This document shows, in pieces, positions 37,842 through 46,345 of a stretch of DNA of 64,000 nucleotides. This DNA is from Spirochaetia bacterium (lineage in GTDB: Bacteria > Spirochaetota > Spirochaetia > UBA9216): the NCBI GenBank assembly GCA_963675665.1, contig OY776510.1, positions 5,086,564 to 5,150,563 on the forward strand. The letters run 5' to 3'. A program made the translations under genes and the position numbers. Under the pieces are notes generated by a model. The model did not search any database, was not told the origin of the DNA, and saw only the letters and a program-made list of their open reading frames with translations. Position 1 is the first letter of the stretch, and each line of letters opens with the position of its first letter.

Positions 37842-39308
37842 CTATTCCTTTACTATACCGATAATAGCCTCGCGGTTACCGCGATAGATTCTCAGCATAA
37901 CTTCATTATCATCAGCCGCATTAAGGTCCGTATAGAAATCATTCATACTCTTTATTCTTTTATTATCCACTCTGAGAATGATATCGCCGGGCCTTAAACC
38001 GGCAGCTTCTGCGGGGCTGCCTTTGGTTACATTGGCTACGATTACATTGCCTTTATTCGTCTCAAGATTTAAAGACTCACGAACATCTTCTGTTGCTTCG
38101 ACTACAGTAAGTCCCGGCCAGACGTTTATGCTTCCGTCCTGCGCAATATTCTTTTCGTCGTCACGGCGGCCGAGCCTGAGGCTCAGGGTTGTTTTCTTGC
38201 CGTCGCGGTAAAGCTCAAAAGAAGTCCATCGGTCGGGAGGCAGATTTCCAATTGCCTTTACAAGATCATTTCTGTTGGAAATTGTTTTATCACCTACCCT
38301 GGTAATGAAATCACCGGCAAGCAGTCCGCCTTCTTCAGCAGGCGAATCAATAAAAACATCATTTACAAAAGCGCCGTCCAGGTTCTCCAGTCCCATTCCG
38401 GCTTTGCTTTCGTCGGATATGTCGCGAACATTAACGCCGAGCCATCCGTATACAACACTTCCGGATTCAATAAAATCTTCTATGGCTTTTTTTGCATTAT
38501 TAATAGGTATTGCAAAACCCAGCCCGTTGCTTCCTCCCGACTGGGTGGCAATCCATGAATTGATTCCGATTACTTCACCCTGCAGGTTGACCAGAGCGCC
38601 CCCTGAATTGCCGGGGTTTATAGCAGCATCGGTCTGAATATAGTCGGTGAAACTGACATTCGGTGAAAAACCGTCCGTTTCGCGGCCTACTGCGCTGACT
38701 ATACCTCCGGTAAAGGTAGCTTTAAATCCCATCGGGTTACCTACTGCAAAAACCCAGTCGCCGACAAAAAGGTCATCCGAATTGCCAAGGACTGCAACCG
38801 GAACAGCTTCCGATGTTTCGATCTTGATTAATGCCAAATCACGTCTCTCATCGCTGCCTACAAGAGAAGCCTCAAATTCCCTTCCGTCATAGAAGGTTAC
38901 TTCTATCTCTTCTGCGCCGTTTACAACATGATGATTGGTTAATATATATACATTTTTTCCGGAATCTCTTACTATTACGCCTGAGCCTAATCCCTGCTGC
39001 CTTAATTCCCTCGGTTCTTCTTTTTCCTGTCCGTTTGAATCAGGGTTTCTTCCAAAAAAGAAGTTGAAAGCATCCGGAAATGCCTGTGTTTCAATAATAT
39101 TTACGGTATTTACTTCAACTACAACCGGTAATGTTTTTTCAGCTACTTCCCGGAATGTCATTTGATAGGCTTCAGCCAAACCCGCGGCTGAACTTCCTGT
39201 GCCGACACTGCCTGTTCTTTGCGCAAAAACGCTTCCTGTCGCAGAAACAGCCAGCAATACAGTAAGAACAACTGTCAATACTTTCCTGTTTGATAATTTT
39301 GCATTCAT
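37842..39308 (-). CDS. htrA: HtrA/DegP serine protease with two PDZ domains
   Basis: GLGSGVI, TNHHVV, DLALIK, IQTDAAINPGNSGG; two PDZ domains. Confidence 0.95.
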   Translation of the reverse strand: MNAKLSNRKVLTVVLTVLLAVSATGSVFAQRTGSVGTGSSAAGLAEAYQMTFREVAEKTLPVVVEVNTVNIIETQAFPDAFNFFFGRNPDSNGQEKEEPRELRQQGLGSGVIVRDSGKNVYILTNHHVVNGAEEIEVTFYDGREFEASLVGSDERRDLALIKIETSEAVPVAVLGNSDDLFVGDWVFAVGNPMGFKATFTGGIVSAVGRETDGFSPNVSFTDYIQTDAAINPGNSGGALVNLQGEVIGINSWIATQSGGSNGLGFAIPINNAKKAIEDFIESGSVVYGWLGVNVRDISDESKAGMGLENLDGAFVNDVFIDSPAEEGGLLAGDFITRVGDKTISNRNDLVKAIGNLPPDRWTSFELYRDGKKTTLSLRLGRRDDEKNIAQDGSINVWPGLTVVEATEDVRESLNLETNKGNVIVANVTKGSPAEAAGLRPGDIILRVDNKRIKSMNDFYTDLNAADDNEVMLRIYRGNREAIIGIVKE

Positions 39309-39396
39309 AACATACTCCTTCTGCGTGTTATTATGAATAGAATATATAACAGGATTATTACATCAGACTTGCCGGAGCATTACATTTTTGTAATGT

Positions 39397-42246
39397 TTAT
39401 ACAACAGGCAGACCGGTAATTTCAGCGCGGTAATCACGGCCCAGAAACACATAGTTACCATCGCTTGTCGGGCTTACCCGGTTCTCTGCAGTCCATACAA
39501 TACGGTTTTCATCAGTTCCGGCTTTCACAGCGTCTTTTCGCACTTCTATTGCGATATTCCGTTCCAGAAAATCACAGGCATCCTCATAGCTTTCAAACCG
39601 GACAGTATTGTCAAAACCGTTAACGATAAAACTGCCGTCGGCGCCGGGAATAACAGAGGCCTCACGCTGTACCGTAACCATACTGCAGACTGCGCCTACA
39701 GCATTCGCCACATCGCCGTCTTCCGGTATGATTAATTCGGTATCGAGGTGCTTTGCCAGTTTCGACAGAAGCCACGGCGCGGCAGCTCCAACACCCACCA
39801 GCCGGCTGTTCAGCGTCGGGGTAAGCCTCAGAGAGTGCGACTTGCCTTTAAGATTGCCCAGCAGGGCTTTAAAAGTCGAATTGTCAAAGACAGAATCAGC
39901 CAGATCTCCCGGAACTTCAAGCTCCTGCAGAACAAGGGTCTGCAACAGATTATCCGCGATCATATCCAGTACGGCCTCGCCCATATCACCTGAATCATCT
40001 CCCCATATGGTTCTGTACAGATTAACTATACGCCTGGACAGCTCCGGCGGCCACATACTGATGTCTCCCGAGGCAGTAAGCAAATCCGTAGGAGTAAGCC
40101 CGAACCTCTGAATTACTGCCGTGTTCTCAAGTCTTGCAGTGGCAAGAATTTTCCAGAGACCATGCTTCAGTTTTATCGCCAGTTCCTTGACCGAATGCGG
40201 GCGCTGTTTGAGTATATTAATAATGCTATCTTCATCATAACTCAGTTCCCAATCAGGGGGTCTGCCCGTCAGAGCAAGAATCTCCATTGCAGCTGTAGAG
40301 CCGCAATAATCCGAATGAATATCTTCAATAAAGGAAACAGCCTGTTCACAGCCTTCTGTTTCATTCAGCCGTCCGAAAGGCGCCACGCGACGGGGGCCCA
40401 CCTTCAGTTCACGATTTTCAATCAGGATACGGCTGTCCCCCCCGGCGCCCAAAGTATACATATCTACAGCCTTGATGTGGGTTCGCCATCGACCCACCCT
40501 GGCGCCTTCCGCGTCGAGGCGGATTCTGCCGTTTCTGATAAGTCCTATATCCGAGGTTGTTCCGCCTACATCGATTATTACGGCGTCTGAACCTTCAGGC
40601 CGGGTGCCCCCGGTTTTATCATGAGAGCTGATTAAAAACCTGGCGCCGGCAATACTCGCTGCCGGCCCGGAAAGGGTTGTTTCAACCGGATGAAGAACCG
40701 CCTTTTCACGGCTCATCAGCGCGCCGTCGCCGCGGACAATCATTATTCCGCCGCCGATGTGCATTACATGCAGGGCCTGCTCAAGTTCCCCGATAAACTG
40801 CTCAAGAAGCGGTATAATTCCGGCGTTCAGCACAGCAGTATTGGCGCGTACGAAGAAATTCAAGGTAGTGGAGAGTTCATGTCCGCAGCATACGCCAAGC
40901 CCGGTTTCAGCTTCAATTATGCGTTTAATCTGGAGCTCATGTACCGCGTTTACGGTACTGCCGTACCCCGATACGGCAAAAGCCTCAACATGCTCACGTT
41001 CAATCAATTCGGAAGCTACCCGTTTAATTTCTTTTTCATCTACATGCTCAAGTTCATCACCCATAATACTGAGCCGTCCGCTGACAATCCTCCATGGATC
41101 ATGTTCAATTTTACCTGTCGGAATTTCTCCGAGGGGCATTACAATAAGCCCTACTTTTCGGCCGCGGTCTTCAACGATGGCGTTGGTTGCAAGTGTGGTT
41201 GAAACAACTGTAATACCGATTTTCGACAACTTTCCGGGATCAAGCTTCTCAAGCGCTCCGGTGATGCCTACTGTGAAATCCCATTTTGTTGTAGGAGACT
41301 TTGCCTTTTCAACAACACAGTCGTTGTCGAAATCATAAATTACAGCATCGGTATAAGTCCCTCCGGCATCTATGCCGAGACCAAATCCTTTTCGAATTCT
41401 GTTTTCAGCATGTTCGCTCTCTGTTTCATCCTGGACAGGCAGCGCGCGCTCCCAGAGAGAAGTTGCGCCTATGTTCGGGTCGAATGCATAAAGCCCGTGC
41501 TTCAGCGGATCATATGCGGTACAGTATCGCGGTGGTACTACAAGGATCTCATCGTCAGTATAGATGCTGTTCAGCATCGCAGTAAAAAGATCCCTGCTTC
41601 CGTCCAGTTTCTCGTATTTCCAGCCCAGTTCTTCAGCAAGATCGCGGGCGTAGTTTTCATAAATATGGCCTTTTTCCGATCCCGTATCAATATAAACCGA
41701 ACGGTTATAATTCCGTTTCCAGGTATTCAGAAAATCGTAAATGTCTGCGGCATTTTCATCGCCGTATTTATTCTTTATATTCTCATAACCTACATTGATA
41801 TCCCAGTTTCCCTTAAACTGTTTATCCTTCTTCCTTTTGACTGAAAGAGGCTGGGTTTTATGCTCGTACCAGCCTTCGGTCATATAAAGCGTGCCGGGAT
41901 TCCCTGCAAATTGTTCCTTATACCGTTTATGCGAACCGAGAAACATTGCGATGCAGTCATGAACTCTGGGAATGATCAGCGGAAGACTACCGGCTTGTAA
42001 CCCGACCGTGCCGCGTCCGCAGAGTCCGTATCCGATAACAATTGCGTCATAATCAGCAAGTCCCGCATCAACTTCTTCCGAAGCCCGGGTGACAGCCTCC
42101 TGCAATTCCTTTCGCAGTCTTTCCGGTTCTTCATGCAGCCCTGCTGCAAGGTATTCTTCATGTATTATTAAATTATCTTTTACGGCTGCGGCTTTAATTT
42201 CATTTTCGAGTACACCGCAGGCGATAATCTTCAGGGATCGTCTCAT
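39397..42246 (-). CDS. DUF1638 domain fused to a hydantoinase/oxoprolinase A-like ASKHA ATPase
   Basis: ACGVL, LH..P, YGLCG, PRVHDCI, YIDTG; then GIDAGGTYTD, STTLATNA, LSGPAAS, DVGGTTSD, VANAVGA. Confidence 0.85.
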   Translation of the reverse strand: MRRSLKIIACGVLENEIKAAAVKDNLIIHEEYLAAGLHEEPERLRKELQEAVTRASEEVDAGLADYDAIVIGYGLCGRGTVGLQAGSLPLIIPRVHDCIAMFLGSHKRYKEQFAGNPGTLYMTEGWYEHKTQPLSVKRKKDKQFKGNWDINVGYENIKNKYGDENAADIYDFLNTWKRNYNRSVYIDTGSEKGHIYENYARDLAEELGWKYEKLDGSRDLFTAMLNSIYTDDEILVVPPRYCTAYDPLKHGLYAFDPNIGATSLWERALPVQDETESEHAENRIRKGFGLGIDAGGTYTDAVIYDFDNDCVVEKAKSPTTKWDFTVGITGALEKLDPGKLSKIGITVVSTTLATNAIVEDRGRKVGLIVMPLGEIPTGKIEHDPWRIVSGRLSIMGDELEHVDEKEIKRVASELIEREHVEAFAVSGYGSTVNAVHELQIKRIIEAETGLGVCCGHELSTTLNFFVRANTAVLNAGIIPLLEQFIGELEQALHVMHIGGGIMIVRGDGALMSREKAVLHPVETTLSGPAASIAGARFLISSHDKTGGTRPEGSDAVIIDVGGTTSDIGLIRNGRIRLDAEGARVGRWRTHIKAVDMYTLGAGGDSRILIENRELKVGPRRVAPFGRLNETEGCEQAVSFIEDIHSDYCGSTAAMEILALTGRPPDWELSYDEDSIINILKQRPHSVKELAIKLKHGLWKILATARLENTAVIQRFGLTPTDLLTASGDISMWPPELSRRIVNLYRTIWGDDSGDMGEAVLDMIADNLLQTLVLQELEVPGDLADSVFDNSTFKALLGNLKGKSHSLRLTPTLNSRLVGVGAAAPWLLSKLAKHLDTELIIPEDGDVANAVGAVCSMVTVQREASVIPGADGSFIVNGFDNTVRFESYEDACDFLERNIAIEVRKDAVKAGTDENRIVWTAENRVSPTSDGNYVFLGRDYRAEITGLPVV

Positions 42247-42327
42247 GATATTTATTATATAACAGATCTTATGCTGAAAAATTGAAAAATCCGGCTGTTT
42301 TTGGTAATTTCGAGCACAGAATCACAG

Positions 42328-42991
42328 TCAGAGCTTTTCAACCAGAACCCTGTAGCTTAAATCATCAGCAGAATCAATACAGAAAAAAAACAGATCGCCT
42401 GTATCCGAATCCAGCGTAAATTCCAGTGTATCAAAACTGATAACAGGACTGACAGGCGGTTCATAAAAATAATAATACTTGTTACGCAGAACTTCAGCGC
42501 CGTTACGATCTATCAGCTCAAGGCGAATACTGTAACTCAAACCTTCGGCCGCGCCGGCCACATACCAGGCATTGTCAAGTTCCATTGAAAACCTGTAATC
42601 ACCCGAGCCCCAGGCCTGTTATATAATCAATATTGCTCGTTATGGGAAGATATCTTGTATAGTCCCCAAAAGCAGAGAATATAAAAGATCTCATTGTCCC
42701 GGGTTCCAGTTCGGCGGTATTAACCCGAAAAGAATTGCTCTCAAAATATTTCAGCCTGAAATCAAACCGGTGCAGGTTATTCCCTCCTGCAAAGGAATCA
42801 TATCGACAACTCAAACTGTAGCCCGGCATAACAGTTCTGTACCAGAGTGAAGAATTAGTCAATTCGGCAATAGTGAAAAAATCAACCGAGACATCCGCAT
42901 TGAACAGCAGACCGTTCTTGCTGACGGGAAGAGAAAAGAGGTTGCAGGCAAGCAGTAGAAAAAAAAGACAGACGGTAAATTTTTTTTTCAT
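42328..42991 (-). pseudogene. Frameshifted exported-protein gene (two fragments)
   Basis: Signal-peptide ORF stops at ...GLGLG-TGA (42599); a +1 frame continues GDYRFSMELDNAWY with no RBS of its own. Confidence 0.45.
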
Positions 42992-43100
42992 AATCTATTT
43001 TAAAATTAAACCTGTATTGATAGGTTATTATATTATATATCTTTTTTTTTGACATCATCTTTTTTAATGTCTTCTACACATTATTTCATGTTGCACGATT

Positions 43101-44522
43101 TTATTCTCCCGGAAACCTTATCGTAAAGACCGAACCATGCCCGGCAACACTCTTCACTTCCGCCGTTCCTCCATGCGCCTTTATAATCGCGTTTACAAGG
43201 CTGAGCCCAAGTCCAAGCCCGTCTCTGGAAGACTTTCCCCTGTACAGTCGTTTCCATATTTCAGGAAGATCCGCTTCGGCAATTCCTTCGCCGTCGTCAC
43301 TAACCGTAACACATATAAAATCATCGGCTGTGGTTAATTCGACATCCACACGCCCGCCGTCGCGACCGTATTTTACCGCATTATCAATAAGGTTCCCCAC
43401 AGCCTGCCGAAACCTGTCTTCATCGGCAACAAGCGCCCCGTTCCATACAGGCTGTTTCAGATTGATGCTGATATTCCTGTCTTCCGCAGCATATTCGTAT
43501 ACATCGATAATTTCCCGAATCCTGTCCGCAGGGTTGAATTCAGTTTTACTCAGCCGTAATGTTCCGGTTTCAGCTTCCGAGATATCCATCAGAAGGTTCA
43601 TCATTCTAAGAACGGTATCCGACTCCTCAACAGCCTGGCCTAACGCCGATCGGAATTCAGAGATTGCCTCGGTATCCGTTTTAAAATCGTCACGGGTAAG
43701 TGCCTTTTCGGATACCATCCGAAACCTGGTAAGGGGTGTACGCAGATCGTGCGCTACAGTATCAAGAGCGCCTTTCATTCCGCGAACAAGCTCTTCAATC
43801 TTCTGCAGCATGTTGTTAAATGAAACAACAAGCAAATCAAGCTCTCCGGCTCCCTTGCGCTCAATTATCCGGCTTTCAATCCTGCCGGTTTCAATTACAT
43901 CCTTAACTGCCTTTTCAAGATCACGAACAGGAAGCAGAAAACGATAAGATACAAAAAAACCGGCAATCGAACTTACAGCAACAAGGACAAGAAGGGCAAC
44001 TGTAAAACTGCTGTACAAGAGTTCCATTATCCTTCTCCGGTTTTCATCCGAAATACCGACCTGCAGATAATGACCGTCCGATAGCGCAATACATCCTGTT
44101 TCAAGAATATACTTCATTGACTGGGATCTGAGAACGGTGAAACTGCCCGGCTTCGGGTGCTCATTTTCAAGCTTTTTAAAATTGAAACTGTTCCAGTTTG
44201 CAGGAATTTCAAGCAGAACCGTATTATTGAATTCATCTGCTATTCTTACAAAAAAAGGCTGTTCTCCCGAGAGAATCATATTCACATCCACGTTCTGTTT
44301 AAGCGATTCCAGCCCGTCGGACTGCACTATGGCCCAATAGCCCAGCATTCTGACCTGAATACCGCTGCGGGCGTCATCCCTGAGCGAAGAATAAATATAA
44401 ATAAAGACAAAAGCATACAGAATAATGGCCGTGATCCAGAATACTACCCCGAAAATCAGTGAAAACTTCAGATCCGCCTTGAATTTTCGCTGGCCTTGCC
44501 TTTTACCTGTCCCTGAAAACAT
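43101..44522 (-). CDS. HAMP-domain sensor histidine kinase
   Basis: Two TMs, HAMP, AHDLRTPL, NLIDNAVKY, DDGEGI, GLGLGL. Confidence 0.94.
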   Translation of the reverse strand: MFSGTGKRQGQRKFKADLKFSLIFGVVFWITAIILYAFVFIYIYSSLRDDARSGIQVRMLGYWAIVQSDGLESLKQNVDVNMILSGEQPFFVRIADEFNNTVLLEIPANWNSFNFKKLENEHPKPGSFTVLRSQSMKYILETGCIALSDGHYLQVGISDENRRRIMELLYSSFTVALLVLVAVSSIAGFFVSYRFLLPVRDLEKAVKDVIETGRIESRIIERKGAGELDLLVVSFNNMLQKIEELVRGMKGALDTVAHDLRTPLTRFRMVSEKALTRDDFKTDTEAISEFRSALGQAVEESDTVLRMMNLLMDISEAETGTLRLSKTEFNPADRIREIIDVYEYAAEDRNISINLKQPVWNGALVADEDRFRQAVGNLIDNAVKYGRDGGRVDVELTTADDFICVTVSDDGEGIAEADLPEIWKRLYRGKSSRDGLGLGLSLVNAIIKAHGGTAEVKSVAGHGSVFTIRFPGE

Positions 44523-45180
44523 AACCTACACCGCGAATTGTATGAATAAGCTTGCGTTCGGAATCCTTATCAATTTTACTTCTTAATCTTGAAACAAGAA
44601 CATCAACGACATTTGTCTGAGGGTCAAAATCATACCCCCAGACATGTTCCATTATCATTGTTTTTGATAATACCATTCCCTGGTTCCTCATCAGGTATTC
44701 AAGCAGGGTAAACTCCTTCGGATTCAGCTCAACCGGGATACCGTCCCGGCGGACTTCCCTGCTTACAATATCAATACTGATTCCGTAGGCAGCCATCTCG
44801 GTGGATTCGCTTTTAAAAGATGAACGTCTGAGCAGGGCCTGAAGCCTGGCCAGCAGCTCGGAAAAAGAGAACGGTTTTACAAGATAATCGTCGCCGCCCT
44901 TCTGAAGCCCCGCAACCCTGTCGTCAACTGAGCGTTTGGCGCTTAAAACAAGGATCGGGAGTTTGTGCCCGGAGCCGCGAAGCTGTTCAATTACCGACAA
45001 CCCGTCGATCCCGGGCAGCATTATATCAATGACGGCCGCGTCAAAATCGCCGTTTGCAATCAGCTGAAGACCTTCTTCTCCGGTTTCGCTGCATTCAACC
45101 AGGTATCCTGCTTCTTTCAGCCCCTTCGAAAGAAAACCCGAAATGGCCTCATCATCTTCAATTATCATGATCTTCATCAT
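44503..45180 (-). CDS. OmpR/CusR-family response regulator
   Basis: IIEDD, IDIMLPGIDG, DDYLVKPF, TNVVDV, TIRGVGY. Confidence 0.95.
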   Translation of the reverse strand: MMKIMIIEDDEAISGFLSKGLKEAGYLVECSETGEEGLQLIANGDFDAAVIDIMLPGIDGLSVIEQLRGSGHKLPILVLSAKRSVDDRVAGLQKGGDDYLVKPFSFSELLARLQALLRRSSFKSESTEMAAYGISIDIVSREVRRDGIPVELNPKEFTLLEYLMRNQGMVLSKTMIMEHVWGYDFDPQTNVVDVLVSRLRSKIDKDSERKLIHTIRGVGYVFRDR

Positions 45181-45247
45181 CTCAAAGAATAACATAGGCT
45201 TGAACATTTGTCTTGGACAGGATAAAAAAACGTTATATAGTGTAAAT

Positions 45248-46336
45248 ATGCAGATACTGGATTTTATTCTTGATATTGTTTTGATTGTTGTTCCTATCAT
45301 AATATGGTATTACAAGGGCAACAGCAACGAAGTTTTCCCGTCAACCGAGACGACCCCGCCTGATGAAATTCTTCCTTCCGAAGCCGGTTATATTCTTACC
45401 GGACGAGTAGAGAATTCGGCGCTTGGAGTAATGATAATAAACTGGGCCGAACGCGGTTACATTCGAATTAATACAAAAGAAAATTTCCAACTGGAAAAAA
45501 TTCATGATATTCCATACAGCTCCAGGAAGTACGAAATTTACCTTTTTGACAGACTTTTTTCAAAATACGGACATAACGGAATATTCGAATGGAAAAAGCT
45601 TTCGCCGGTGGCTAAAAACAGGCTGAAAGCGACAAAACGAAAAATTATAAAATATTTCACAACAAAACCTGAAAACAGGATATTTTCCGCCGACGGAAGA
45701 CCTTTTGTTTTACTGGTCGGACTGATTGCCACACTGCCTGTAGCAAAGCTGATCTTCATAGAATTATATGTACTGCGCGCCACCTACAGGTTTGGACCGG
45801 TAATCACAATAATAATAAATGCTCTCATCCTTATAGCGCTTTATTTTATAAGCGCAACTCTTGCCAAACCGAACCGGCTCAGATCAAGGGACTCGTGGAA
45901 GTTTATTCTTACAATATTCATCCTTATAACCGCCCTGGCCGTGGGGCTTACGGCATTCTGGATAATCGGCGGAGGAAACGGCGGGTTCAGGTACGTTCTG
46001 TCCATGATTTCTTCATTTATCATAATTATAGTATTAAACCTGATGACCCAGCGTACAAGCCACGGGGATCACCTTTTTGAGCATTGCACCGGTTTTAAAA
46101 ACTTTATTCTGAACGCGGAACCGTCACTGGTCAGAAAAGGCGCCGAAGAAAAGCCGGATCTTTTCACTGCCGTATTCTCTTATACCGCAGCAATGGGCGT
46201 ATCGGGAAAATGGGCGGAATGCTTTGCCGACAGTCCGGTAATGATTCCCGACTGGCTGATATGCTACGGCGGACCCGAAATAAATTCCGTAGACTATAAC
46301 AGGCTTATGCTTGGTCTTATGCGTCAAATTGATTAG
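45248..46336 (+). CDS. DUF2207-like membrane protein
   Basis: PP....PSEAGYI, WAERGYI, YEIYLF..LF, GFKNFI..AE, AMGV..KWA..F. Confidence 0.7.
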   Translation: MQILDFILDIVLIVVPIIIWYYKGNSNEVFPSTETTPPDEILPSEAGYILTGRVENSALGVMIINWAERGYIRINTKENFQLEKIHDIPYSSRKYEIYLFDRLFSKYGHNGIFEWKKLSPVAKNRLKATKRKIIKYFTTKPENRIFSADGRPFVLLVGLIATLPVAKLIFIELYVLRATYRFGPVITIIINALILIALYFISATLAKPNRLRSRDSWKFILTIFILITALAVGLTAFWIIGGGNGGFRYVLSMISSFIIIIVLNLMTQRTSHGDHLFEHCTGFKNFILNAEPSLVRKGAEEKPDLFTAVFSYTAAMGVSGKWAECFADSPVMIPDWLICYGGPEINSVDYNRLMLGLMRQID

Positions 46337-46345
46337 TATTAGCAT

